Shown: positions 12,278 through 32,037, numbered from the stretch's first letter. The stretch: DNA of 64,000 bases from Eledone cirrhosa (GCA_964016885.1 OZ024740.1:378572001-378636000), one strand, 5' to 3'. Numbers and translations are program-made. Notes: generated by a model from the letters alone, not told the origin.

Positions 12278-14565
12278 CACAAGACAGGGAGGAGAAACCG
12301 ATAGTAATAAAAATTATCAATCTTACTAGTGCAGAACCAACATCCAACCTTATCAACTTACTCTCCAAAGGTCTTAAATTCACACCGACCCCACTACGTC
12401 CTAACTACTATGAAATGAAGGAAGACATCACAGACTTCTGTAGAAAGTTACGACTTAATGAACAACTATTCGACCAGTACAATGAGGATGAATCATTAGC
12501 CAGAAATAGAAGCAATTACACCCCTTCAAAAGGTAGAAATAAAATCCTGGACGAATTCTGTGAACACATCACAAACTTCCCTTACCAACACTTGCACGGA
12601 CAAAAACACAAGCCAAACCTCAACAAGAAAGAATGGGAAGAATTAAATAGATTAAAAAACGACAGAACCATTACAATTAAAGAGGCTGATAAAGGGAGTA
12701 CAGTAGTCCTAATGGAGACAGAATTCTATATCAACTTAGCGCTCTCCACTTTGGAAAACGAAACATACTACGAAAAGGCTGAACACTACAATCAACAGAA
12801 AATTATGAGAAACCTAAAAACTCTAATCAACCAATACAAAGAAGGACTCACTAACAAGGAATTCAGCTTCATCACAGACATCACAAGTAAATCCAGCCTT
12901 TTCTACGGTATCCCTAAAGTACATAAAAGCGAATCAATAAGTAAGGCATGCAAGGAAGCCACAGACATAGTCATCAATGTCCCCTCACCCAATGATCTCA
13001 AATTAAGACCTATAATAGCAGGCCCCGCTTGCGAAACGCACCGTCTTAGCAACTTCATTGATACCCTTCTCAAACCCTTCCTCAAGCACATCAAAAGCTA
13101 TATAAGGGACGACCTAGATATGCTCAATCACCTCCCTAATATGCCACTTCCTGAACAAACCCTACTAGTGACGTTCGATGTAGTCAACCTATACTCCAAC
13201 ATCTCCCACAACCTAGGAATAGAAGCTATCCAATTCTGGCTGGATAATTTCCACAATGAACTCCCACAACGCATCAAAAAAAAAATTCGTGATAGAGGGA
13301 CTCAAATTTATCTTGGAGAACAATTACTTCGTTTTCAATAACAAACCCTACAGGCAGAAATCTGAGACCGCTATGGGAACGAAAACAGCCCCCACTTATG
13401 CCAACCTAGTCATGGGATACCTGGAAATCACCCTCTACATTAAAGTCCTAAACAAATTTGGAAACACCCTCCACTTACACATTGAAAGGAACTGGAAGCG
13501 ATATCTAGATGACTGCTTCATCCTTTGGCACGAAAACACCGAAAAACTTAAAGAATTTCACACCCTTATAAATGGGCTCAACACAAATATTAACTTCACG
13601 ATGGAATACAGCCATCAACAACTCCCCTTCCTCGACATCCTCATTAAGATCCATAACAAAAAAATAGAAACAGACATATACTACAAGCCCACAGACTCCA
13701 AGCAATATCTCCCCTTCAACTCTTGCCACCCTAGACACGTTAAAATTAATATTCCCTACAACCTAGCCAAGAGAATCTGTACTATAGTCTCCAATAAAAA
13801 CATCTGCTACTTACGGCTACAAGAACTAAAGGACACCCTCATAGGCAGGGACTACCCTGCATCACTAATTGACAATGGAATCCAACGTGCCCTAAAACTC
13901 AGTACCCAGGACCTTAGACACCCTAAAGTAAATCAACCAAAACTAAAAGCTCTTCCATACATCTCCACACACAACCCCCTCAACAATGAGGCCTTTGACA
14001 CCATCCTCCAGAACATCCCTGTATTGAAAAAGGACCATAGAATGAACCGAATTCTACGAACACACGATATCATAAAGAGCAAAAGACAATCCAAGTCAAT
14101 GAAAAACATCTTAACACATGCCAAAGTACTGTCAACCACAACAACAAATCCCACAGTAAAAAAAAATGCGATAGACCCAACTGTGGCATTTGCATCAACC
14201 TAATAGAGGGTTCGGAATTCTATTTCAAAGATGGACAACGTTTTATAGTAAAACACAATTTCACATGTGCATCGGAAAATCTAATATATGTATTAACTTG
14301 TTCAGGTTGTCGAGAACAATACATAGGCCACACCAAAAACAGCCTCCGCCAACGCATGACTGTCCATAGATCCCAAATTAAAATACGGGAATACAGGAAA
14401 ATACCACTGAGTGAACACATTGATACCTGTGCCGCCCAAAATCATCCCAACTTCAGAATCTTTCCCCTCTACAAATTTAAAGATAATGCCACCCACACCC
14501 AGCGCATCAGCAAGGAATCTTACTTCATTAACAAATACGGACCCCATCTAAACACTTCTCCCTAA
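12238..14565 (+). pseudogene. Neptune-like RT, Cys linker and GIY-YIG ORF with frameshifts
   Basis: LLSKGLKFTPTP, ADKGS, GIPKVHK, LRPII, FDVVNLYSNI, RYLDD, CDRPNCGIC, NLIYVLTCSGC..YIGHT..LRQR..H. Frameshifts occur in A runs near 13276-13285 and 14158-14166. Confidence 0.92.
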
Positions 14566-15097
14566 GACGAATCCACAACATACACACGTCAACATACATA
14601 CCTACATCAGCACACATCTCTACCCACATATAAACACAATGACATACGTAAACACACATGCTCTATGGTGCAACACAAACAAATATATGTGCATATATAT
14701 GTGTATATATGTGTATATATGTATATATATATGTATATAGTGAATATATGTATGTGTGTGTATATATATAGTGAATATCATTTCACACCTTTTATTGTTA
14801 AGATTTTTGATGTTCTATTAAGAGAACCGATTTTACTGAAAAAATCGAATAATGTACACCATTTTACCAGGGGGAAAAAATACTGGTCCACCCCCTCCCA
14901 CACACACACATATACACACACACACATACACACGCGTACATCAACATACAAAGAGACTTATATATACACACACACACACACACGCACTTCTCCGTATAAG
15001 ACAAAAGCTGAAAAATATCTTTTGACATGCTAAAATACCCCCCCATTGCTTTCAGACACATTCTTACTGACCATCCCTGCCACCACAAATTACTCTG

Positions 15098-15187
<90 letters not shown>

Positions 15188-15269
15188 ACACACACTTATC
15201 TCAATAGCCATTTGACACACATCGCTGCTAACCATTATCACAACATCGAACACCTTACTACTACTACTA

Positions 15270-15308
<39 letters not shown>

Positions 15309-15808
15309 TATTTGTTGTGAAAGAGTCATTTCTCAATCTTGGCGCAAAACCAATTTTCTATTCACATGACCTCTACCGACCAATCAAAATTGTTTTGACC
15401 ACAAGAATTGTTGCTGGAGCCACTTTTTTAACATAAAAACAGTCTTGGCGCAAAATCAATTTTTTACACTCACATGACCTCTACCGACCAATCAAAGTTG
15501 TTTTGACCACAAGAAATTTTGCAACACCAAAGTAACGCTGGAGCCACTTTTTTAACATAAAAACAGGTAGAATTCCCAAAACTAATCAGATCAGAGCAAA
15601 CAGCACGGACACTCTATCTCAAAATTATTTTTGAAAAGCATTTAGAAATGCGCAACCGGTAAAAACTTAAAACCACAACTGAATACTAACCCATACAATC
15701 ACTAATACTCTTTTATTCCTAATTAAACCATTTTTCAACTGTGAACAATTTGTCAGCATTTTCTATTCCGTTTACCAATATATAATAACTTGTGTGTTAC
15801 ACCTCTAT

Positions 15809-15860
<52 letters not shown>

Positions 15861-15871
15861 ATGTGTGTGTG

Positions 15872-16030
15872 TGAAGGCGGTGAATTGGGAAAATCGCTAG
15901 AACGTTGGATAGAATATTTTGTGGTATTCGCTCCGGCTCTCTGCACTCTCTGTTTGAATGCCACCGAGCTCAACTTTACCTTTCATCCATTCGAGGTCTA
16001 TAAAAAAGTACCTGTTAAGTACTGAGGTTA
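15872..16030 (+). mobile_element. Degenerate tRNA-derived SINE
   Basis: Similar to the 17580-17800 copy (CAACTTTACCTTTCATCC..GAGGTCTATAAAA..GTACC). Confidence 0.65.
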
Positions 16031-16701
16031 ACTCTTCCTTTATACCTCTTTGTCACTTCCATTCTCTCATTTTCTATCCTTCTGTTGAAGAAATCTGTTG
16101 TACTCAGACCTAGAGAGGAGATAGGTTCCGCCAGGTTTCAAAAACGCCCTAGAAACAGGAGTTACGGAACCATATGTGAGTGTGTGTGTCAGTGTATATA
16201 TATATATGTTTATCCCGGGTTCAATCGGGGGTAACCACAGTAAGTAAGATAATATATATATATATATGACTACATTATCCAATGAGCCTTTTCCTTATTT
16301 TGAAGATGGAAATGAGATTGGTTACTATTTCTAACAGGTTAAGGGACCACATAGTGGTATCTGTAGTACCAACACAAGCTAATTTGTATTACTAAATTCA
16401 TAACCATGGTTGTCTGTGATTCGGGTTGACAAGAGCTACCAGACAAGTTGTAGGAGTCAAATTTCTCCTGAGATGACTCACTGATATATGATTACAAGTT
16501 TGCATAGCTATCTGGAGAGTAGCTATTTAGCGATAGCGATATTGGTTTTGTCATTATGATCAGCTCATAATAATATTTTCCTTAAGGGTGAACCTAAATT
16601 CTTTATAACTGTTGTTATTTCTATTTATCTGAAGCAGATTGCTTTCTAAGTATCTCAATTATTTTTCAGGCTAACATCTTTAGTCTTTTATTCTCTACTT
16701 A

Positions 16702-16747
<46 letters not shown>

Positions 16748-16753
<6 letters not shown>

Positions 16754-16789
16754 TAAATAACAGATTAAAGTTTAAGCAAAGAATCGCTG

Positions 16790-16793
<4 letters not shown>
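16748..16793 (-). mobile_element. About 45-bp terminal stub of the PLE D family between two (TA)n tracts
   Basis: TTTATTAAATAACAGATTAAAGTTTAAGCAAAGAATCGCTGCTTT is nearly identical to 59950-59995. Confidence 0.85.
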
Positions 16794-16839
<46 letters not shown>

Positions 16840-16979
16840 TATGAATAGCAGTTAATTCTTATTGTATTTTCTTTATCTTAATTATTATAATTCGTATGAT
16901 ATCTATATAATAGGTTTCTTTTCTGTAATAGATCTAGCACACATGCAATAAATCACATCTACATTTAGCTAGTAATATT

Positions 16980-17300
16980 GACTTCTAATTTAGGCACAAG
17001 ACCAGAAGTTTCGGGGGAAAGGGAAAGTCGGTTATATCGACCCCAGTACTTGAGTGGGTAAGGTTGACCACAAATAGATTTGAACTCAGAATGTAAAGAG
17101 TCGCAACGAAAGTACTGCAATACATTTCATTCGACACATTCTGTCAATCAGGCATCATCAACTACCTAGTAATACTGATTACAAATATTGACACAAAGCC
17201 TGAAATTTGTATGGGGAATAGGTGTAGTTGATCATATCGATATCAATACTTGATTTGTATTTGTCTCATCGGTCATGGAAGGACGAAAAGCAAAGTCGCG
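16980..17300 (-). mobile_element. Two degenerate SINE copies
   Basis: GGCACAAG..CCAG..ATCGACCCCAGTAC..GATTTGAACTCAGAA is the reverse complement of the SINE body. Confidence 0.65.
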
Positions 17301-17579
17301 TAGTACTGTTTTCTTTGTGAGGGGTGGATACCAAATATATGGTGATAGTTCTTGTCACTACCCTAAAATTTTATATAACTTTATTTATCTTACCCCACAT
17401 GTAATACCCTTGTTTTTACACAATTTAAAAAATGCTGTCTTTGTATAATGTCCTAGACCTTCCCTCACTTTTCTATAACTTAATTATTTACCCCCAATAT
17501 GTTAACGTTTTTGTAATTGCATGCATGAATGGCAATGTATGTAATTGCTTTTTGTAGCTAAATAAAGGAAATTATAGGG

Positions 17580-18200
17580 TAGTGGATTGGCAATATCGGT
17601 AGAGCGTCGGATACTATGCTTTGAAGCATATAGTTATGGCCCTTTACTTTCTGAGTTCAAATCCCGCCGAGGTTAGCTTTGCCTTTCATCCTTACGGGGT
17701 CGATAAAATAAAGTACCGTTTAGAACTGGGGTCGATTTAATCGATTTTCCTCCTCCCCCAGAATTGTTGGTCTCGTGACTATAGTAGAAACAATTATTAT
17801 TATTTGCAATGTCGGTAGAGCGTCAGACACCATGCTTTACAGCAAAGAGGTATGGCCCTTTACGTTCTGAGTTCAAATCCCGCCGAGGTTCACTTTGCCT
17901 TTCATCCTTACGGGGTCGATAAAATAAAGTACCAGTAATGTACTGGGATAATTGCTGGCCTTGTGCCAAAAGTAGAAACAATTATTATCACTGGTCTTTA
18001 TATTCCGAATTGAAATCGCGACGAGATCAACTTTGCCTTTCATCCTTTCGAGGGCCGATAAAATAAAGTTCCAATGAAATATTTGGGTCAATATAATCAA
18101 ATTTCCTCTTCTTCCTTCCCCAAAACTGCTGGCTTTGCCAATGTTAAAACGAATTATTATGGATCTTTCCATTCTGAGTTCAAATCCTACCGAATCCAGT
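17580..18200 (+). mobile_element. Tandem array of tRNA-derived SINE units (cephalopod-type)
   Basis: A box TGGCAATATCGG, B box GAGTTCAAATCCC, body GCCTTTCATCCTTACGGGGTCGATAAAATAAAGTACC, (ATT)n tails. Three units plus a partial one. Confidence 0.85.
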
Positions 18201-19062
18201 AATACTTGAGTTAGGTATAATCTACTATACTTCTCCTTAAATGTGTTATCGTGTCAACATGAGAACATTTTAATTTTCTTAGTACTATATACCAATTCTT
18301 TGCTACCTTTTGTTGTTATTGTTGCTATTCATCGACCTCATGGAATCAAAAACATGGCATTCTTTACTGATTTTAACATTTTCGTTTTCCATACACAAGA
18401 AAAGAAACACACTACTCTATTCCTTAATCTTTTCAACCTCACATTGAAATACCAGAAAATTTACAAACCTAACACCATACGATACTAAGTTTCTTAATAT
18501 TCAAACCGGAGACTTGGCTCAAAAGCTTTCAACAGAGAATACTCCACTTAAGGTACCTAAGGTGCCACAATTCTACTGCACAGTTTGATCTTACTAGATA
18601 CAAGACATGAAACAGCGCTTCTTCTCTAATAGCAAAATATATTCTTAAAGCATACTAACATTTCTTGACCTGCTGAAGGCATTTATTTACTTGTTAGATA
18701 AATCTATTTTGCAAAATTGCCAGGAAAAAGATATATTTCTAATATCCGCATTCCTGCTTCATTGATCATTCAATTGTATTTGGAATAAAATGCAAAGATT
18801 ATTTTTATTATTCGCAAATATATTTATATATGTACAGACATATTTTTCTTTTTCTAACGTTTCTCTATCCCTCTGTATAAATATTCACCAACTCACTTTC
18901 ATATTTGTATACATTACATTAATACATAGATACGTTATTTCTTTCTCTCTCCCGTCTCACACACACATGGATGTGTGTGTGAGAGACAGAAACAGAGAGA
19001 ATGTTTCTATGCATATGATTCCCAATAAAAGTGTTAATGTAAAATATAAAAGTGAAAGATGA

Positions 19063-19096
<34 letters not shown>

Positions 19097-20221
19097 ACGC
19101 ACACGCGCACACACGCACACACACACACACCATCATCGTTCTATGCGCGCGCAGGTATAATTATTAAAAATGTGGGAAGTGAAAAGACGTACAGTCTAGG
19201 CTATTTTTATATTTCAGCCAATCATACTGGCATTCTGTCTGGGTCAGGTTTATAATATCTTTAAAAAAATAAACAAACAAGACTACAAAACATTAAGGAA
19301 AAAGGTTCTAAAACACCCATCGCTTAATATTCTGTTATGAGACATCATTATACTTGGAATTTTGTTAATGCCAATAGTAAAGTAATTTTGTTATATGCTA
19401 TTGTCTGTTAAACATTATATTTTCAGGGTATATTATAAGAATTTACGACTCTAGGCTTCTAATTAATATTCAAATATACGTTATATTCTAGCATAAATAT
19501 TCCTCATTTAATTGCATCGACAAACGTATGCTGGTCGTGGAAATGAGACTGGTCATTTCAGGTATTTTTTATATTTTGTACGCCATATATAGCGTTGCTG
19601 TAGCAATATTTCTTCGTACATGGAATCATAATCATACGGTGACAATAATCATTGAGATTTCGGCATAAGAATAATCTCTTATGTTTTTCTGTTTAAGGAG
19701 AAATGTTTGAAAGTCTTTAGACTTCGCAGTTCAATCATTCTTTTCACAGGTAGTCTCATGTACCTGAACACAAAGAGTGATTGTTTCGCGAGCTATCCTT
19801 GCTTGTCTTTGTACATTATCTTCGAATGCGAGACGACGGCATCATAGTCTTTTCTCTTTTCTATAAATAATATATTAGCCCAGTCATTTGCCAGAGCTTC
19901 CTTTACTTCATTTCTTTCTTCTTTTTCTTCTTTTTTTGAAGACATAGAAAAGGCTCTCCTCTCGTTGTGGGACATATTAACTTTCTCCTTGCGCACTTCT
20001 GAATATGCTCTGACCAGAAGTTCTTTTTAACACAATGTTTCCACTGTTAAGTTTTCAACTGTAAATTCACCATAATCAGTTGTTTAACGATAGAGGTGGA
20101 CTAGTTTACTGAACTTCGCGCATGAAGCTGGATTCACCCCCCCCCACCTGCATATAACATCTATCGAAAATAACGTGTGTGCACCTCGACAGGTTCGGTT
20201 GCTGGTGGATCTAACGCTGTC

Positions 20222-20637
20222 AATAATAATGGTTTTTTATATAGGCACAAGGCCAGCAATTTTTGGGGAGGGGGAAAGTCGATTAAATCGACCCCAGTGC
20301 CTGACTGGTACTTTATTTTATCGACCCCGTAAGGATGAAATGCAAAGCTAACCTCGGCGGGATTTGAACGCAGAACGTAAAGGTCCGAAACTCTATGCTG
20401 CAAAGCATGTTGTCTGACGCCCTACCGTTACTGCCAATCCATAATAATAATAATAATAATGTTTCTACTTTTGGCACAAGGCCAGCAATTACCCCCAGTG
20501 CATTACTGGTGCTTTATTTTATCGAGCCTGTAAGGATGAAAGGCAAAGTTAACCTCGGCAGATTTGAACTCAGAACGTAAAGGGCCATAACTTTATACTT
20601 CAAAGCATGGTGTCTGACGCTCTACCGATACTGCCAA
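20222..20637 (-). mobile_element. Tandem pair of the same SINE
   Basis: Reverse complement of the 17585-17985 units, with A and B boxes and an (AAT)n spacer. Confidence 0.85.
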
Positions 20638-20659
20638 ACCAAGTAAAAAAAGAGATGAC

Positions 20660-21380
20660 AACATGAGCAAGGACGTAAGAAGTTGTGGAGAAAAAAAATT
20701 GGATCGAAGAAAAGGTCATAATACTGAAACTGGATGGTTAAAGACACTTAAAAATGAAATAAAAATCATTAAGCAGGAAAATACACAAGGAAATGGTAAT
20801 TAAAAAGTGTAGTACGTAACGAAGGCTGGGCCCGATGATGTTGAAGGATATTGGTTAAAGAGATTCACATCACTGCGGGAATATCTGTAGAACTGAAAAA
20901 GATAATACATAATAAGGATAGTTTGCATATATAGACAACACATGGAAAAATTTCGCTCACTATCATGTGGAAATTTTTAACTGGAATCATTGCAGACAGT
21001 ATAATTTCATTTCTTGAAGTAAAGAGACTATTTCCAGAAAAGCAAGAGGGCTGTCGTAGGAAGAGCAGATAAACTGTATGAACACAGCATGAAAAACTCT
21101 AAGTGTGAATATATGTCGTCTGGAGAGCTGAACGAAAAAAAAAAAAAAAAGAATCTATTAAGGAGGCAGTTTATTACCACTACTGTGCGTAGTATGCATG
21201 ATATCGTAACATTGGGTATTACTTAGGGAAGCAACACTCTAAAATATGCCATTTGCTATTAAGGGATGATATTAAGATGAATGAAAAGAACAAAAACCAA
21301 GTAAATTCTCTAATAAATGCTGTTCATACAGGGGTGGGATACAGGTTTTATGGAGAGGAAAAAGTGTATCATCTGATGGG
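20660..21380 (+). pseudogene. Highly decayed Dong/R4-like non-LTR RT remnant
   Basis: Fragmentary translations AGPDDVEGYWLKRFTSL, MWKFLTGIIAD..FPEKQEGCRRKSR and DDIKM..NQVNSLINAV, with many stops and deletions. Confidence 0.65.
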
Positions 21381-22614
21381 GTAGCACAACCAGAAGACAG
21401 TGAGAACCATTTCCAGAATGGATAACTCAAGATAAAACTTTTCTATGTATATATGATTCATATAATAATGACGCAGATAACATTTTGAAACTAATAATTA
21501 ATTCGTATATAAGCAGCTGAACAGAGTTTTCAGAATTATTCCATTATGATATTATACGCACATTTAAAATGATTGCCCTAATATTTTCATAAAACCTGTC
21601 AAATAGGTTCATAAAAGCCTATTAAATAATATATTCTTCAGCGTATATTATGCAAGCTTATTCCTTATAAAGATAATTTATTCCGTTATAAGAACATGTT
21701 GATAGATATTTGCAGGTAGTAAATGTGTTTGCTCAAAAGTTGAGCTGTTGTCACAGAAAGAGAAGAGGAAATGAAGACAATTTATTTCAAATTTATAGAA
21801 AGTGACATACAAACCTAGCATTTCTGTGAGTAATTTATAAAAACCATTATTATATAACACTTAAATTATGGATAAAAAAGCTTTTAAAAATGACATGACT
21901 ATTAGAAAAACACTCCGAGTTGATAAAATGGGACGTTAAACGAAAACCACAAGACTTAAATATTCACGTATATACGGTCATTCTATCCTTGTATATGTTT
22001 GGTAACAATATTTACCTTTCTTCTAAAAGACAAAAAGACCAGCTGAGCACTGGTGTCAATCCAATCGCCTATAGACATGCATTAAAAAGATTGAGGCATT
22101 ATGCATATGTTAGAATTCAATATTTATTGTAAATAAGAATAAACAAGTTCATTTTATCTTGTGTGTTTCACATGTATCCCGTACGTACGGGATACATGTG
22201 AAACACATGTATATATGTATGTGGCCCGTGGTAAGAAACTCTCAGGAGAGCTGGACAGTAGAAGGTTTTCAGAGATGATTTGATAGCATGTACCACGCTT
22301 TTGTTAATGGTTTTAGGTGTCCACACTGTCGAAGCGGACACGGACGCAAGAAAGGTTGAAAAAATGGTTACAGATGAGATGGAATATTTTCTTCTTTTCC
22401 CCGCCTTTTGTGTGTTGCACATGCGTGACAACTACCTGCACTCTGTCATGTGAAGGACTGAGTAGCAAGAGGAAATGATGGCGCACCAAGCATTGTTTGG
22501 TCTGAGGCTGAAAAATGATTAGTAGGCTGATTGTATTCTCAACGGCGACGAAACGGTGACTGTTTTGAGAATTGGGAGCTTCTGTTTTCAAAGGTTGACT
22601 ACATTTTTTCTGAG

Positions 22615-22925
22615 TGAAGGCGCGTGGCTTAGTCGTTTTGGTATTCGGCTCACGATCATAAGATCATGAGTTCGCTTTCAGGTGGCACGCTGTGTCATTG
22701 AACAAGACACTTTATTTCCCATTACTGCAGTTCACTTAGGGGAAAGAGAATGAGTTTATCTGTAATTCAAAAGGCCAGTCTTGTCACACAGTGTTATGCT
22801 GAATGCATTTGTAACTACATTAAGAGAACACGTTTGTAGAATGATCGTCTACTTGCACGTTAATTTCACGATCAGACTGTTCTATTTATCAAACAATAGA
22901 AACACTCGTCCCCGGAACCGAAGTA
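22615..22925 (+). mobile_element. Second tRNA-headed SINE family
   Basis: Head GGCGCGTGGCTTAGT..GAGTTCG, then a GTGTCATTGAACAAGACACTTTA core-like segment. Confidence 0.65.
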
Positions 22926-23176
22926 CAACAACCAAAACAGCAACAACAACCTTTCTTCTCAGAATAGAAAGAACATTAAACAAAAAAGAAATACATAAAA
23001 TGAAGAGTTGGGAGCACGTGCATGAGGTGAAGAGAAAAAAAAAGGTGGAGGCATTTACACACGAGAGCAGTTTCAAAACAAGAGGAAAACCTGTTATTAC
23101 TTTCCATTGTTTTCAATGTACTATTGAATATGAGTAATGTTTTGTTTTCGTTTTGTATTTTCTATTATATTAACAA

Positions 23177-24400
23177 CTAGCAGTAAAGCCCGGCGTTGCT
23201 CGGGGTCGCTCAGTAGCTGTGTTAAAGTTACAATGTTAAGTTTCTTTTTTGGCTTAAAAACTGTAGTGTCTACTGTGCAGACTTGCATGTGGTGTTTTTG
23301 ATTAATATTCCCTCAACCAACAATATGCCTTATGAAGTTAAGAAAACATAACGATAACCCGAATTAAAGTAAATTCAGCCTTATAAGACCGTAAAATTAA
23401 TTTAAACGTTTAATAGGGAAAGTTTGCTAACCGTCGTAATAAAAAAATAAATATCAATAACTTACGAAGTAATGAACTCGCCGAACTTTTAAAGCGTTGT
23501 AGCATACAAAGGCAGTACAGTGCAAATGAAGCTATTAAACAAACTGGAGATTCCAATTCACTCTACTAAAGATTTACTTAATCGTCTGCACATTCGCTAA
23601 TCGTCTGCTCATTCCATAAAAGGGAAATAATCGCCTATATCACCTCTCTGCATGACTGTCTGTCTGCACGCCTATATCACCTCTCTGCATGACTGTCTGT
23701 CTGCACGCCTATATCACCTCTCTGCACAACTGTCTGTCTGCACGCGTATATCACCTCTCTGCACGACTGTCTGTCTGCACGACTGTCTGTCTGCACGCCT
23801 AACGAAATTTACAGATACATATATTTTAAATAAACTTATATAATTTTTGCTTTTTTTTACGAAATATTTGCTTGTTTTACGTAGTCTTTAAATAGACTTG
23901 TTTTCAAGTAAAAATATTGTTTTAAAAGGCTTTTAAATGGAAATGAAGCAAAACGGAAGCTTAGTGTTCGAACTGATGAATTTTGCAGGTCAAAATTTTG
24001 CTGGCTCGACAACTGTTCGCGTATTGTGTTAATGTCATTTTAAACGCTGAGAAAGCCAGCGTAATTTTTTTAATTTTTGCCAGCGTAATTTTTTTAATTT
24101 TTGCCAGCGTAATTTTTTTAATTTTTGCACGCAGAAAATGTAAACAGAACGTAAGACGCTACGCTGAATGTAAACAGAACAAAGGGAAATAACTGATCAC
24201 TTACGCTCAAAAATCGATACATTATATTCGATTTCGTCAGATAGGGCGGGTCAATTTGAAATATTTTTTTTCCGATGTCTTCGCTAGGGCTCAATGTACA
24301 AGTATAGCAATTTCGGTGCAATTCCGTGAGAGATTCTAAGAGGAGATGTGTGCCAAAAATCGATAGACAGACAGACAACCTCAGTTTTATATATATATAT
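23177..24400 (-). mobile_element. Non-autonomous Helitron-like element
   Basis: The minus-strand 3' end has the hairpin CCCGAGCAACGCCGGG then CTAG|T. The 5' region reads TATATAAAA..(GTCT)n. A second degenerate 3' end lies at 24402-24430. Confidence 0.75.
23633..23800. repeat. About 37-bp minisatellite inside the Helitron (a roughly 23-bp x3 repeat also at 24054-24128)
   Basis: CGCCTATATCACCTCTCTGCATGACTGTCTGTCTGCA repeated about 4 times; GCCAGCGTAATTTTTTTAATTTTT three times. Confidence 0.9.
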
Positions 24401-24554
24401 ATTAGCAGAAATACCCGCCCTTGCTCAGGAAAGAGATGACTTGGTGGAAAATTTCTTGAAAAATAGTAATTGCGACTCTGCATATATTGTTTGTGCTTGC
24501 GTGTGTCTGTGTCTGTGTTCTCGCTTTTGTCTCGTAACGGAGTAGTTCGGCAAA

Positions 24555-24682
24555 TAGAGATAAAACAAGTCATAAATTGAAATAAGTACTGGGAACGATA
24601 TGATCGCCGAAACTCTTTAAGACGTTGCCTCAGTATAAACGCAGACCAGTTGAATAACTGAAACTAAATCAGTGAAAGATCT
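24555..24682 (+). mobile_element. Degenerate SINE 3' half with a LINE-like tail
   Basis: GATAAAACAAGT..AAGTACTGGG..AAGACGTTGCCTCAGTAT..CAG..CTGAAAC resembles the LINE 3' UTR at 34209-34260. Confidence 0.5.
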
Positions 24683-25259
24683 GATTAATTTTTATTGTTA
24701 TTGTTAATGTTCGATTTGTTGATTGTATGTACATGAAACTAAAACATAACCGAACCATACCATCCTTAAGATCAACAGTATACAATTAGTACCCACATGT
24801 TTGCTCCAAACGCTGAACCTCATTATTATTTAGGAGCTCTCATGGTAAACGCACAACCTAAACATAGAACTGCATCTAAAAGATTGGCCCTTCTCTTTAC
24901 CTTACAACTGTCTTTCACTTCAAATCCTGTTTTGTGTTTGTCAGCTTTCTTAACAGAAAACTGGTATTTATGTTTTGTTCGTGTTTTGACTCTATTTCTA
25001 TTAATTTTATTATCATTCTTTACTTGATATTTTTGTTATCTTTCAGAGGGTGTTAAATCATACTTCTGGTTTATGTAAATATTTTTTTTCGGTGTAGTTA
25101 CTTTCCCTATATATATATATATATTAGAAAGTGAGGTTTTTTTTACAAAATGAAAAATAACCGAGGTGTCCTACACGAGTGGAAGTATAAAGAAAAAGGG
25201 ATGAAATCGAAAATGCAACTGAAGTCTTATTTTTTTTTAAAATATATATTTATTTGGTT

Positions 25260-25297
25260 CCTTTACCGGTTTCGCAGTTCTTCTGCTTTTCAAAAGG
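25260..25297 (-). ncRNA. Hammerhead ribozyme, U3-A8 variant (minus strand)
   Basis: Exact reverse complement of 25367-25404. Confidence 0.65.
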
Positions 25298-25366
25298 TGA
25301 GTTGAGATGGAGGGTCTGTGGTTTTTCTCACTGTGAGAAAAACCACAGACCCTCCATCTCAACTCA

Positions 25367-25404
25367 CCTTTTGAAAAGCAGAAGAACTGCGAAACCGGTA
25401 AAGG
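25367..25404 (+). ncRNA. Hammerhead ribozyme, U3-A8 variant
   Basis: CCTT-TTGAAAA-GCAG(AAGAA)CTGC-GAA-ACCGGT-A-AAGG. Confidence 0.65.
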
Positions 25405-25471
25405 AACCAAATAAATATATATTTTTAAAAAAAATAAGACTTCAGTTGCATTTTCGATTTCATCCCTTTTT

Positions 25472-32037
<6,566 letters not shown>

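Noticed and set aside
17580-17670. tRNA gene
   Set aside because: A and B boxes are present but there is no cloverleaf. It is a SINE head.
19560-20150. Host exon or transposase remnant
   Set aside because: Only short interrupted frames with no motif I can recognise.
22210-22610. Host coding exon in a more GC-rich stretch
   Set aside because: No recognisable domain and no supported splice structure.
23633-23800. 37-bp repeats as a CRISPR array
   Set aside because: No unique spacers, no cas genes, and a eukaryotic Helitron context.
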